Program-made: the position numbers and the translations under genes | Shown here: in pieces, positions 48,339 to 61,651 of the stretch | How positions within the stretch are numbered: the stretch's first letter is position 1 | How the letters are laid out: the number at the start of each line of letters is the position of its first letter | From: Takakia lepidozioides | Taxonomy: Eukaryota > Plantae > Bryophyta | DNA: 64,000 bases | Assembly: GCA_030704615.1 (NCBI GenBank) | Contig: CM060731.1 | Coordinates: 60,388,001-60,452,000 of the forward strand | Reading direction: 5' to 3' | Notes under the pieces: generated by a model | The model's database searches: none | Seen by the model: the letters and a program-made list of their open reading frames with translations, nothing else | What the model was told of the DNA's origin: nothing

Positions 48339-51300
48339 CTATAGAACTGAATACTTTCCAGGTTGACTTGAGCCTGGAAGTGAGATGGCTACAGATGTGG
48401 ACTCCTCTAGGATGCGTTTTATCTCTGCTTTGGCTTTCTTGACAGATGCCTCAGTGGGCCCTTCAATAAACAAAAACAGCTTTTGCTCCCCAGGAGCAGG
48501 GACCTTCCCTGGAGGAAAGTATTGACCGCGCGTAGTAATTGCTGCCCCTGTCCACTCACTGATCTGCCCTAATGCCTCTCTGTGCGTAACCTTCCAGCGA
48601 GCATGTTGCGGGAAGTCGTTAATTTCAAGCTCTGCCTCATAGCTCTCAGGGGTCGCATCAGCCTGAATTTTAGCCAGGCTATGTTGCAGGTTGAATGCTG
48701 CTGCCTTTGCAGCTGCCATGGCTGACCCATCACTCATGCCTACCATGGATGGCATACCGGTCAGGCCAAACACTGGGGAGCCAAGGTGACCCATGGCACC
48801 TGCCATGTTAGCAAGAGCCATGTGATTAGCAAACTGCGCCATGCTAATGTTTGGCACTCCACCAGCCATACCCATGCTAGCCATACCCATGCCAGTCATA
48901 TTAGGCATGCCAAGTGGAAAACCAGGCATCCCCAGTCCAGGGAAACCAGGCATGCCCATTCCAGACATCCCTGGCAGGCCCTGGCTAGCAGCAGCAGCCT
49001 GTGCAGCGGCCAGCGCAGCTTGTAGCTGTGAGTTTCCAGCCGCAAGTGGATTGATTGTTTGACCAGCACCAATCCCTGCCTTAGCAGCAGCAGCAAGAGC
49101 AGCAGCCTGCACAGCAACAGCCTGTGATGCATCACCCCCTGCTTTCCGGATTCCATCATCATCTGATTCTGAGTCTGATTTGTCTTCCTCTTCTTCGAAC
49201 CCATATTCCCTAGCCTGTGCTTTCTTGGCCGCCTTCCGGGCCTCATCCTCCTCTTCATTGAACTTAAACCCACTCCCACCATAGCCACTGCCATGTGCTT
49301 GTTCACTACCCTGTTTCACTTTAGCCATAAAATCATCAGCCAGTTTCTTCAAGTCATCAGGGACCGTCTGCTCTGAGAGCTCCATAGCCTTGACAAGGTC
49401 AGGTGCATATCTTTCCTCATCTGTGGAAATGAAAGTGATGGCACACCCTTTGCGACCTGCACGGCCTGTGCGACCAACACGATGCACATAATCCTCATAA
49501 TGATTGGGCACGTCATAATTCACCACCAGCTCCAGCTCCTTTACATCCAGGCCTCGAGCAGCGATACTGGTAGCAATCATTAGATTACACACATTGGTCT
49601 TGAAGTCTGTGATCGTGGACTCTCGATCTGTTTGATCCTTGGCACCATGCAATGACAGGCATGGGTAGCCAGCCTTTAGCAGATCCTTAAAAAGACTATC
49701 ACACTTCTCTTGAGAGTGGACAAAAACTAGAATCTTTCCTTTCTCATACCACTCCCCGAGGAGCTCAAGCAGTCTCAAGAATCGCTCACCATCGGGTCTC
49801 ACTTCCACCGTCTGTGTAATGTCACTGTTCACAACACTTCGCCCTCCAACTTGAATCTCCACAGGTTTGATCAGAACTTTGCGGGCAAGGACCTCCACCT
49901 GCCTGCAGGCAATCCAAAAAAATTTCATCCGATTATAATCCACAGTAATGAGTGTCCAAGATCTTGAACAAAGTGGCCATCCAATGGCACATACACATGC
50001 AACCGCCACAGCACAACTGGTCAAGCAGATAAAGCCAGAATCTAACTGTTGCACCCCATGCAACATTTGTCACATATGGAAACTCTCTTAAACGTCTGTC
50101 TTCTGAACAGAACGTATGCCAACATCATATACCTGGGGAATGTCGCAGAGAAGAGCACAGTCTGCCTTTCTGGCCTTGTATTTTGTACTATCCTTGTAAT
50201 TTGGGGCTCGAAACCCATGTCAAACATACGATCAGCTTCATCCATCACCAGATATGTGACGCGGCGCAAGTTGGTGATCTTCCCAGCACTTGTACACAGA
50301 ACATCGATCATCCGACCAGGTGTACAAACCACCATCTCCGCTCCTCTCTTCAAATCACTGATCTGCTGTGCAACCCCTGATCCTCCATAGACAGGCACGC
50401 AAGTCAAACCCAGCACTTTCGAGAATTTTTTGATGTCATTGTATATCTGTTGAACCAGCTCTCTTGTTGGAGCCATGACTAGACCAATTGGACCATCCCC
50501 CTGGGCAAGAGGGGGCTGATCCATGATGTGTCGCATCATGGGTAAAACAAAAGCCAGTGTTTTACCAGATCCTGTCTTTGCAATTCCAATACAATCCCTT
50601 CCACTCATGATGATTGGAAGTGCTTGTGCCTGGATTGGCATGGGCTTCTCAAACCCTGCTTTTTTAATCACATCCAAAACTTTGTTGCTGAGGCCACTTT
50701 GATTCCAAGTTTTGAGAGGCCAGGGGACATCCTTGCCTCGAATTTTTAACTCCATCTCCTTCCTATATGCAGCAATTTCCTCCACAGTCATCCGAGATAT
50801 CTCTTTCACTTGAATGTAGAAGTTCTTCCGGAAAGCAGGATACTGGATCTTAGTGTGGTCCACAATAGCAAGCTTCTCTGCCTTGGTTTTCTTAACTCTC
50901 TTCAAAAAGTCCTCGTCGTCTTCATCTCCAGAGCCACCTTCAAACGATATCCAAACTGTCAACTGTGTAACCAAGCAAGTCACAGACTATAAAAATCTAG
51001 CAAACTAGGTGATATGCCCAAAAACACAAATGGTAAGTGTCAAGCCAGGGTGAGTGTCAAGCCCTGGAATCATTGGTCACCATTGCTGTCTCATATATTT
51101 CACAATAAGAGTTTTCAGTTGCTGCAATGTGTATAGATTTTGTTGTGCTACTCATGCCCCAATCTTCTTTCTCCACAGAGGACCAAATCACAGCCCCTCT
51201 AGTACTAAGCATAATTGGAAATTATATCAACTTAGTAAGTGCTATGTCTTGTACAAGCTTCAAAAAGAGTTCTCTGCATGCCAGCTGTCTACCAGTGGTG

Positions 51301-53312
51301 TTGGTGATTTGGGCACAATTCTTACAGCAATTATACTCCCAGGACTGGCTCTGGTAAGTTTTGTGAATGACACTTTAGATCTTGGCAAAGTCACTTTGGG
51401 TAGGATCTCTAACAAGACACCAACTGTCTCTGCTGCGAACTCTCAGGCAAAGTGGGGTGGTGGTGCCCATTCCATTGCATGCATTCTCAGTTTTTATGTC
51501 CTGCACCACCTTGTGCAATTCAGCTGTATATGATCCATCTACACTATGGAGTGAGTTATGGGTGGATATGCTGCCTACTATTTCCTGAATTTGATGCTAA
51601 AGGAGTGACCTCTTGGTTGTTCACGGCGCCACCAGATTGAGATGGCAAATGTGTCTTGTCCAACATGTCTGATGGGGCGGTCCATCTTGTCATAGGATTC
51701 CAAGACACAGTAAAGTTACATTTGTTCTTAATCTCATGGGGAAGTGCACAAGCTCGGTAGTCAGCAATCCAGTATGGAGAATCTGCACAAGTCTTGCTGT
51801 CTGATAGCCCAGTCCAGTTCGGAAGAGAGGGAGAGCTCTACTCAATTGGCGTGCTCTCAGTGTTGTGGCCACACAACCATGCCTGTTTGGGAAAACGGAA
51901 AAAGGATCACACTAGGATTTTGTGCTTGAGCAACATTACCTTGCCCCTCCTCGTGTTCGTCATCTGAAAGTGATTCATACCCAGGCATGATTCGACCAGT
52001 GCTGTTTCTGCTACCGCGCTTTATCTGCCTGCGCTTCTCCACACTTTTCTTGGCATCCTCTGTACTATCTTTTTCCTCTGGAGCCTCTGCCATCGGGGTA
52101 TCAACGGTGTTAATCTGCACATCTCGGGCAAGGGTACATCAAATCTGTTAAAATTTGACATTGGCTCTGGCTCACTGCAAACATATTTCCATTAAGATAG
52201 TTTGCACCCCCACTATAGATATTTCGGTGGAATGTCTCCTTTACAGGCTCAAGGTATGGAATGTCCCTTTTACTAGTGGAAAGTACTTTCAGCCTGTGGG
52301 CTAACCCCACTTGTAAATTAAGATCGACAACAAATTCCAACAAAATTTCAGATCAAGTGTATCAAAAATGTCAGATACTGACCTCAGGCACAGCAATTGA
52401 CTCCATGAAAGCGTCCAGTGGATCAACCTCCTCTTCTGCAACTTTACTTTCCGAGGCATCCGTCAAAGCACCAGCTTTCTCCACATTGCCAGCCCTTTTT
52501 CTGCGATCTTTATGCCCCTTTTCAGGGTAGGCTGCATCGGCCACCCCATCCGCCATGACAACGTCTCCGTTTTCAAATGCCGACACCCTAGTGGCCCCAG
52601 CACTCTCTATCTCAGCCTCATCATCATCCGATTCCTCGCCTTCGAGAGTCCAAGCCTTCTTACCAATTCCGGCTACAGCGGAAGCATCCCCTCCCACCTC
52701 TGTGATTCCCCTCTTCTTCCCTTCCTCCTCTTCTTTTCTACGCCGAAGCTCCTGCCATTCCTGCACTCGCCTTCTCCGCTTCTCCATGTCCTCATCTAAC
52801 TTCTTCTGCTCCTGATCAAAATCATCCTCATCGTCAGCCTCCTTTTTCACTTTTCCTTCTTCCCGTATTGTTTCCTCAATTTTCCCTCTCACCTCATCCC
52901 TCCCTGCCTCTTCCTCCTTCCGCGCCACCTTCCGATCCCGCTCTCGCTCCCCCTCTCCCTCTCCATCCCCCTCTCTCCCTCTCTCTTCCCTAACCTTATC
53001 CCTCCCCGTCTCCCTATCCTTACCCTCCACCTCCTCCTCCTTTTTCCTCCTCTTCCGCTCACGATCGTCATGCCCGTCTCTCTCCCGCCGCGACCTCTCT
53101 CTCCCCTTCTCCCTATCCTTCTCCTTCACTTCCACCACAGCCCCTCTATCCCTATCATCCTGCCGCTTGCTGTGCTTCCTCTCCTGCTCCTTGTCGTCCT
53201 CAACCTCACGCCCCCGCTGCTTCTGCTTCTCGCGATCTCGGTCGCGGTGCTTCTTCTCGCGATGCTTGTCTCGCTCGCCTCCTCGCGGCCTCTCTCGATG
53301 CTCGCGCGCCAT
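48339..53312 (-). CDS. DEAD-box RNA helicase PRP5/DDX46 (RH42-like), about 4 exons
   Basis: RD/RE-rich N-terminus, RRRRVQEW, DPLDAFM, AKTGSGKT, PTRELV, TPGR, DEADRM, SAT, HRVGRTGRAG, C-terminal EINDFPQHARW; introns about 52382-52115, 51939-50939, 50132-49904. Confidence 0.95.
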
Positions 53313-53478
53313 CGCTACTCTCCACACGCTCTCCCACAACAACCGAACATTTAGGGTTTCGTTTCTCCTGTTATTATTACCCCCCATTGTTTTGCCCCCA
53401 CCTTCCTTTATTTTTTTATTTTTATTTTTATTTTTATTTTGGAAAACAAAGGCAAGTCTGAGCTATGGTTTTTTTAAA

Positions 53479-53728
53479 TGGCGAATTTTCGCCAGATTTT
53501 GACCTCCCCAAACCAAACGTAATATTCTGTAATAAAATACCCTGTTTTTCCATGGATGAAATCCCCAAACTTCTCCACATAAAAAATAAATTATGGATGA
53601 ATTTGCCAAATATGGATGATATAAATGAATTATAGTACGGATGTGGATGATTCTATCCTAATTTCAATGGATGAACAGAATGTACGATATTTCTTGCAAA
53701 ACTCTGTAGCCACTCGTCCTCTTTTCCA
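53479..53728. repeat. About 250-bp dispersed repeat (copy 2)
   Basis: Matches 46211-46460; begins with the palindrome TGGCGAATTTTCGCCA. Confidence 0.8.
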
Positions 53729-56700
53729 AATTTTCTACAAAAAAACACTGGTCTCTAAGCCTCTGAGGGCTTCTTGAGTCCCCTCTTTATTTTTATTTTT
53801 TTTCAAGAAAACAAAAAGGCAAGGCCCCAATAGATTGATCAGAGGGGAAAAAAAAAAAAAAAAATGATCAGTGGAAAAAATAAGGTCAAGAGCCATCAAC
53901 TTATCTTTTACCAACCAAACCCTGGGGTTCATGGGACTCATAACTAATAACCAACAGAAAAGACACACAGACAAGCGAAGGTCCTAAGAGACCCAAAAAA
54001 GCAGGAAGGATTGCACCAGAGGACCACGCGAAGTGCTTCAAAGTTGGTGAGGCTGTGGTTCAGTTTTGTTCTACAAACCAGCTTCTCTAGTGTACCTGCT
54101 TGGAATCCTTGAGGTTGCTATCTGTGAGGAGGAACCAAAGCTGGGATCAATACATAAGAGGACTTACAGGATTTCTTGGGGAGGTTCAAAGGCATTAGGT
54201 ACATCCGGTTTATATTGAAATGACAAACAACTTTTAAAAGTGGTTTTATTACAAAAAACTCAATTTGGTATAATTGCATTATATTGAAACTAATATTTAT
54301 TATTTTGATTAAAATAGGGATCCAATCTTTTTGTATACTTGTACCATTGTAAACCAAGGTTTTTTAGTATGATATATTATTCTAATATATTCAGGTGTAG
54401 AATTATTCATGATCTATTTTATTTCTGATCAATCTCTAAGTACTAAATTGGAATGTTGAGAAAGAAAAGAATCGACTTGAAGTGTGATACTTTTAACAAC
54501 ATATCAATGTTATGGCTGCTTATTTATCAACTGTTTAGTGAACCGATTTTCTACCAAATGCCTACATTTGGATATCTAAAATCTACAAATACTTGTATAG
54601 TGTGGCACGTCGAGATATTAGGCCGCCGGGTTTAGACTGCGCCCAAACGAGCAGCTAAAACGATGGTGGTCAATGATTGGACGAATTTCAGGTTTTGGCC
54701 TGTGGATAGTTTAGACATGGCCTGTCAATGAAAAACTCCCAATCTAGGTGACACTGCTGGATGCATATGTGGCACTTTTGAGCCGCCAAACTTGAGAACG
54801 AGCTTTTAGCTCATCCCAAGAATGGTCCAGCGGCCAAAAGGTTTCACCGATGTTTCACCAAGTGGTTACGCTCCTGGGATGGAGATGGAGTGCAAGTCGT
54901 GGAGGCCGTCCGATCGTTGGCCGTCCACGTTTTAGCCTGTCGACACTTTACACACGTTTCACTTCAGCCTGTCACGTCATCCCAACGAGCGCCTGAGATG
55001 AGGGGCCAAACGATTTTGGCTGCTCATATCATGGCCTGTGTCATATCATGTATGGAGCAATCGAATACCCCTATTTAGTGTACAATACAATCTTTTGCAC
55101 CTTGAGGCATCCCAAGGAACAACTCACTTCACCTACTCCCCAATGTGTAACCCTGCCCTTCCTCCATATCCATACTAAGGTGGTACTAATTTCCACTCAT
55201 GACAATACACTAAACCACCAACTAATTCCTTCCAACGCTTAGCATGCCATTGGTTGGCTTGCTTCTTGGTAATAGTGAATTGTGGTGGTTTTGGATTCAA
55301 TGAAGGGTGAGTCTATGGGGAAGGAGGTGGTTATAATATAACTTAGGACAGAGTTATCCTAAAAGCCAATCAAAGTACTATGAGTTTTGCTCTCTTATGC
55401 TTCTTTATACCATGAGTTTGCTTCTCTAAATAGTAGAAGAGCTTGGTGGTATCTCCATTGGAGTCATTATTAGGTGTGCGAGAGTTTGGTGGTCTTCAAA
55501 CTCAAGGAAAATTATTTTTGCTTTCACAAATGACCGCAAAACTAATTTAAACCCCTCATTCTGCTTCAAGTGAATATTCATGCCTTTTACAGCTGTTAAA
55601 GCAAGTATTGTACCTTTCTTCAGAGTGTATGTGCCATGGTAAGTATACCTTTCATAGACAGTGTACCTAATTATAATCTTGCAGGATAAGTAAATATTGA
55701 TTGTGAGAATGTACAACATCTGAACATCGAGTTTTTTTATTTTTTTATTTTTTTAACACAAAAGGAACAATGAACATCAAGTTTAGTGTCACTTTTTGGT
55801 GCACATTTTTAAAATTTTATAACTTATTCATATGGTGTCCAAAAATTGTAGATGTATGTTTCCCAATTATTTGCGGCTAGTGTTGTTAATTATTGCTATT
55901 GTTTTAATTACCGTTATTATCATTAAATTCACTAATCAGCTCAATTAGGATGACTACTAAGATGGCATGTCGATTTCTCACAATAAATAAATAAAAACAT
56001 TGCTATAATGTTTTTAAATGTTTTTTGGTTTTTATTTTTTTGGAATATGATTAATTAGTGATAATGCAAAGATCTTATCCAAATATAGAATTTTTAATTA
56101 TATGTATGTTAGTCTTGGCAGATTTACAACATATTTATTTGAATAACTACCTTTTGAACTATAGGGGGCTCTGATCTTTGCATATTACATTTTCTTCAAA
56201 TATCCTTGTTCCTTCAGAAATTACATTAAGCAAAAAAATGTTACAAAGTTTCAATTTTTTGCAGAACTTTTTTTCGAGTATAGCCCAATTGAGGAACGAA
56301 TCCCATATTCCCATCATCTTCGGACACGTGGACATTTTCCTCAGGGTCAATAAAATGCTCTCCCATCTCCCGCCTTCCTAGCTCAGTAGTGTGACTTGAT
56401 TTTGCTTCAACTTCACGGCCCTCTCTCCAAATTCACCGTATGATCTTTAATTTCAATGGAAACAAGTTGAAACTGACTTGTTTTTGCTTTCTGAATCAAG
56501 CCTTGGATTGGAAATGAAGTAGAGGGGTGTAGTTTTTATTTTCCTGGTCCATCAGGTCACGAGCCAAGAGCTTGATCCCATGTATTCGAAGTGGCTGTAT
56601 AGTTTTAATCCTCGATGAGTAGCAGTGTGGTCGTTTCATCCTGTTACATCTAACTAAGGTCATAAGCAATCCACTGCAAATCAAATGCCATTTGGACCTC

Positions 56701-58254
56701 GTAAATGCAAGCGGACTAGGTTTCAATATTAATCCTAGAAGGCTTAGTTAGTCCAAGTTCCAACCTTGTTATGTTTCTCCGAATCTGGCTGCAGCTCCAT
56801 GGTGCTGAGGCTCCCCACTAAGTTACAGTAGAGTATAGTAAACACAGAGAGATCTGGCCTCAAACTACAGAATGCTGCGAGTCAGAATTGCATTAAGGGT
56901 TGTGTGTTGAAAGAGCTGATGCATGTGGATGTTGTCGAGTAAAGGAAGATCTTTCTGGTTAATTTGTGATTGTGTTTGTTTAAAGGACCTGATGGCCATT
57001 TGTGTTCCTCGGCTCTTGTGCAATAATTAACTTGCTGAGGGTTACCCACCTTTTTGCAACTCCGATTATTTTCACGTCATACACATGAACTTTCTAGCTC
57101 GGCTATAGGTAGTATGAAAAGGTGAACTCTCTGTGAAAGTGTTTCCACTATGCTCATGAACCCAAGTGTTCTATGCACAGTCACTGATGAGTAGGGAAGT
57201 TATCATTGTTGTGAAATATCACTCGATCATCTTTCGGTCAGTGCAGTTTTTATCATGAAGCTGGAAGAGTTCATGCCATACTTTAAAATAAAAAATAAAA
57301 AATTACACTTCATATTTCAGGTTGAACCTGAAAATAGGTCCTTCAGGTTCATTGTGGGAATCCAGCCAGTTGATGGCAAGTACTAAGGGGCTACAGTTTA
57401 TACACTGCCTACATGTAGTCTCAGTTGCTATTGGCTCTTGGAAATCGAAACTAATTGGGCTGTGAATTAAAGATTCCCAATTGAGTTGGGAATTGCACCC
57501 ATTTCTCAATTGCCAATTGAGCAAGATTCCCAATCGAGAAATGGGGCTGTGAAGGCTTATTGTGGGGAAACTACCCCATCTGAATCTGCAGACTAATTCT
57601 AATGCGAAAATATGAAGCAATAAGTTTTTCCTCCCATTATTATAGTTTTCTGTTTCTTTTTTGCTTTGTTGGCCCTGCCGTCTCAAGGCAGAACTACGAA
57701 AAGGGTTCAGGAGTCGAGAGGCCCAGGAATTTTTCATGGAACCATTCAACATCTGACAGATATAAATAAATCATATACTTCAGATGAATGGATAAAATAT
57801 TAAGTAATTGATGAAACTTCAACGAACAGGACTGAGGGCGCGATGGCGGAGCTGCGAGACAACCTCCAACGGTCATCTGAAACTTCTTCCATCTCTATCA
57901 GATCCTTTCGACTTCCTGCTTACTTTACTTGCATCAACTAGCAAATACTCCCAAGCTTAGCTTTCAAATGATATGCACATTAGAAGTTTTTGTTTGGTTC
58001 TCTTTCAATACTCTCTTCTACAGTGTTCATCCTAACACCTTGCTTCCTTTCATCTCCATCTCGGTTACCTGCATCATCCCTAATCTTCCCACCACAGCCG
58101 TCTTTAGCTATTAAGCCGTTCGCTTTCTACAGTGACATTTCCCGCCTATACCCACCTCCTCTACTTTTTCCGCCAACTCCTCTCTTAAGCTCCATATCCC
58201 TCACACCCAGCGGAGTCCTTAAAACACCTTCTGTTTTTTCCGCATCTGTTAACT

Positions 58255-58726
58255 ATGGCTCCCGGAAGCAACCAGCTGCGTAACAACGAGAAGATGGTGA
58301 CTCGTGGGAACATCAGAGGGCAACAGAGTAATCACAGAAAACCCACCCCATCGTCTGGTACGGGCTTTTTTATAGCACACCAAGCTCGATCTAGGATAGC
58401 TTCTGCCAGTGGTTCAGTAAGACATCCCTCCCCTCCCATTCCCATCAACCCTCTCTCTCCTCCCCAACCACTTCTCAAAATGCCCAGGGTAAACTCCTTC
58501 ATTCCGAACTTTCCAAACCCTCCAATTGTGGAGGAACCACCAACAGACTGGGAGGAAGAGAGCGCTCTTAATCAAGATGATCTGGACTAGGACTACCCCA
58601 AAGTGGATAGGGCAACAGTCAGAGAGGGCCATCAGACATCTTGGCGGTAATGGAGAATTGAGGCAGCTGTTTTGCCATGCCAAAGGAAGAGGGTTTTTCT
58701 CTATCATCTTTGAAACAAAAGATTAG
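58255..58726 (+). mobile_element. LINE ORF1-like 5' fragment, decayed
   Basis: Low-complexity N-terminus, then LFCHAKGRGFFSIIFET, resembling the RRM-like (DUF4283) region of plant L1 ORF1. Confidence 0.45.
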
Positions 58727-58990
58727 AACACCGGATCCACGCTGGATACACCTACGGCTGGCCACTAAAAAGTCAGGGGATAGGGACTCGGCCGCGTGAA
58801 GTGCCATTGCTTCGGCATAAACAGGAAGCAGAAAATTGGAAAGGGGGCTGTCGAAAACAGACTCGCCAGAAATGACTGTATCTCCTGAAGATCCACCGCT
58901 GCCTTTCCTGAAAGACAGCCTGAAAAAGTTATTACTGTAACTTTGATGTTATCGAGAAATTGAGTATGACTCCCAAAGAGGGTTTAGCAC

Positions 58991-60860
58991 TTACTCACAT
59001 GAAAAGTCGTTGTCGACCTGCTTATCTTCGGGATCGTCATCATTTCGAATTTGAATCCGATCAGTCTGTGTGCCTGAAGTGGAGCCAGACAAAAGGGGGA
59101 GGAGCACGGTGTTGTAGAGGTCAGAATCACCCTCCATGCCAAAAAGGCTTCTTCCGCCTGCCTTGCATGCGTGGTAAGTTGCTCCTGCACCAGACAGGAG
59201 AACATGAACAGTTTGGAGGGGGGGATTTAAGCAGATGGAACTGTTGAAAGGAAACCAATTCGGAAGGGAAAAAACGAACCTGTGGACACAGAAAGATCGA
59301 CCACCCGTGCAGAGCGGTGGCTGCATGACTCCAGCAGTATTTGCATGAACGCTGGTGACTTTTCCTTTGCACCTCTCCAGGGAGTGCCATCTGGTCTCTT
59401 CAGAGTCTGACTGGACTGCATGAAGTTGTACAAAATGTCATCGACATGGGGCTCATAGGGGGGGTTGACGAAACAACCCTGGTCAGAAATCTCAAAGCTG
59501 CGGATGGAGGATGGTGTCTTTGATGTGCGAATCCTCCGCAGGCAGATCGCCTCGAACATCCTCGTCTGGCAAAGATAGCAGGTTAGTGTGGTAAACACAA
59601 TCTATAGTGGAAGTGTGTACATCGGCTATTCAGAATTCTGACACAAAAAAATCATGAATCGTTGATGATCGGTGTCGATCATAAAACATTCTACTAGAGT
59701 GGAGCTACAGAGAAAATTGAAACTCATGATCAAAGCACAAGCAGAAGGGAGACGACATACCAGCTGACCAGGGAAACCCCCTTTCACAAGGTAGAGGCTG
59801 TTCACACAATTCCATGTGCGCAAAACTTCAAACCCTGAAGACTGAGGTATGATGCCAATGCCCGACGACTATCATTGTCACATGACTGAAAAAAGCAGAA
59901 GTGTCCCTGCATCAGAGAGGAAATTGTTACAGAACCCGAACACCCAACTCCAGTAGTTGTCCTCGAATTTGTTCCAGCCTGGCGTCTTGCCCTTTGGAAG
60001 AACTTCTGGCACAGCCTGGCCATCCGGGATGTCGAGAATGACAATGTCGGCCGCATAAGTTTTCTGCACACCGCACACGAAGGTGGGACCTGTGCTCACC
60101 TGCAACAGACATGTTTTTATAAAACGATGGCAAGAATGTTTTCAAAGAACGAGACTGAAATACTGCCAACGAAACTTTCAGAGAAAAAGGAAAGAAACTG
60201 GAATTCTCACCAGATTGAGGAATGAGATTATATTGTCCCAGGTAGGGGATGGCACCCAGTGTATCCTCTCTTTCGACTCTACAATCATCGAAAGCCAACC
60301 CTCATTAACACTTTTCATCTCTCCTGCTGAATCAAGAACGGGAAGGGTGTGGCTTGGCATCGAACCGCACTGAAGAGTGCGGGTATATCTTCCAGCAGTA
60401 AAGTCCTACCCACTCTCCATCTCCTTTTCATTCTCCTTCCCCTTGTCCTTTTCCTTCTCTTTGGACTGTTTTGTCCTTTGGATTTGCTGGTGAGATGGCT
60501 ATGACATCAACAGCCTTGTCTTTTGGTTTGCGGCCCGCTTTCTTCCTTCTGCGGCTTCCCTGAGCATCAAGCTCCTGGCAGCCAAGGTTGCTATGTTTCG
60601 TTGATACTCTTCGTCAGTCAAAGGCGCCACATCTCAGCGTTATTGTTCAAGTATTTCAATATGTGTTCTTGAAAGGTCGTGTCCAGGTGGGCAGTCAAAG
60701 GTACCACCACACAGTCTCTGAGTGAGAAGGGACTCCAGTCCTTCAATATCCCGGCAGTATACATGTTGGATCTTGCAGGGTCCGACCACATGTCAAGATA
60801 GTCGGGAATTCCGCTCAGGTGATTTTCCTTCCATAAGCACATATTTCGTGTACTGAAAAA
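58991..60860 (-). pseudogene. Intron-containing beta-class amino (N4C/N6A) DNA methyltransferase-like gene
   Basis: Spliced reading: ADIVILDIPDG (motif IV position), FLSDAGTLLLF, TRMFEAICL, WRGAKEKSPAFMQILLESCS (X), VVDLSVSTG|ATYHAC..GRSLFGMEGD (I-II); GT-AG introns 60210-60100, 59760-59566 and 59279-59185 preserve frame. Confidence 0.7.
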
Positions 60861-60992
60861 TGAGATAAATCCCAACCCACAAAAGCGCTCAGTGAGTAAG
60901 ATGCAAGTAGAACAGAAAGAATAAAACATAGATGAAATGGGCTCTTACAACTGCTCCAAGGACCTTTCAGGACCACACTACTGCTCCAGATA

Positions 60993-61609
60993 TGAATGTC
61001 GTCAACGCCATTCAGACATTCCATTCAATGACACTGTAAATACAATCCTAATCACTGTAAATACCCTAACCAGGTGAATGCAAATAATCGTTTAGAAATG
61101 ACACAGACATAGAAGTGAAATGTCGTCAACGACATTCAAGAATGAAGCCAATTATTACTTAAATGAAGCAAAATCACAGGATGGAAATCAAAAATTGAGT
61201 AAGGAACCCTCCAGGCAAACTCAATGCACATTCATAACGAACCTATCACTGAGGACCTCACAACATCACTGTATGTGAATGGCGTCAACGCCATTCACAA
61301 AAATACAAAAAAGAAACCAATTACTTAGCTCCCCAATCCATGTAAATTGAATTTGTCGCTGTTTGAATAATACAACACAGCTGTGAGTCGTCAACGACAT
61401 TCACTTTGGATTTCCTTAAACAGAGCTTATGAAGCCTCCACATTCATCGCAAGAAGCAAAAACAATGCAGAACAACTGAATGTCTGCATTGACATTCAGC
61501 AAAATGAAGTGAGGAACCCTCACTGTAACCTCTATGGACATTACAAAAATTTAAATAACTCTGAGGACCTCTCAACAACTCCGTATGTGAATGTCGTCAA
61601 CGCCATTCA
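60993..61609. repeat. Dispersed array of a 22-bp palindrome
   Basis: TGAATG(G/T)CGT-CA-ACG(C/A)CATTCA at 60993, 61116, 61276, 61384 and 61588; variant at 61477. Confidence 0.85.
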
Positions 61610-61651
61610 AGGACATTATCAATTCTAATCAGGGACAATATAATTTCCGTA

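Noticed and set aside
54596-55080. Left terminus of the MTase/SWIM element
   Set aside because: GC-richer with CACGT/GGCC motifs, but no inverted match to 62899 and no TSD found
59454-59470. NPPY as the catalytic motif IV of the MTase
   Set aside because: It lies in the TRD position; the DIVILDIP strand upstream fits the beta-class order better, so NPPY is probably coincidental
60993-61609. CRISPR array
   Set aside because: Spacing is long and irregular, spacers are partly repeated, there are no cas genes, and the context is eukaryotic
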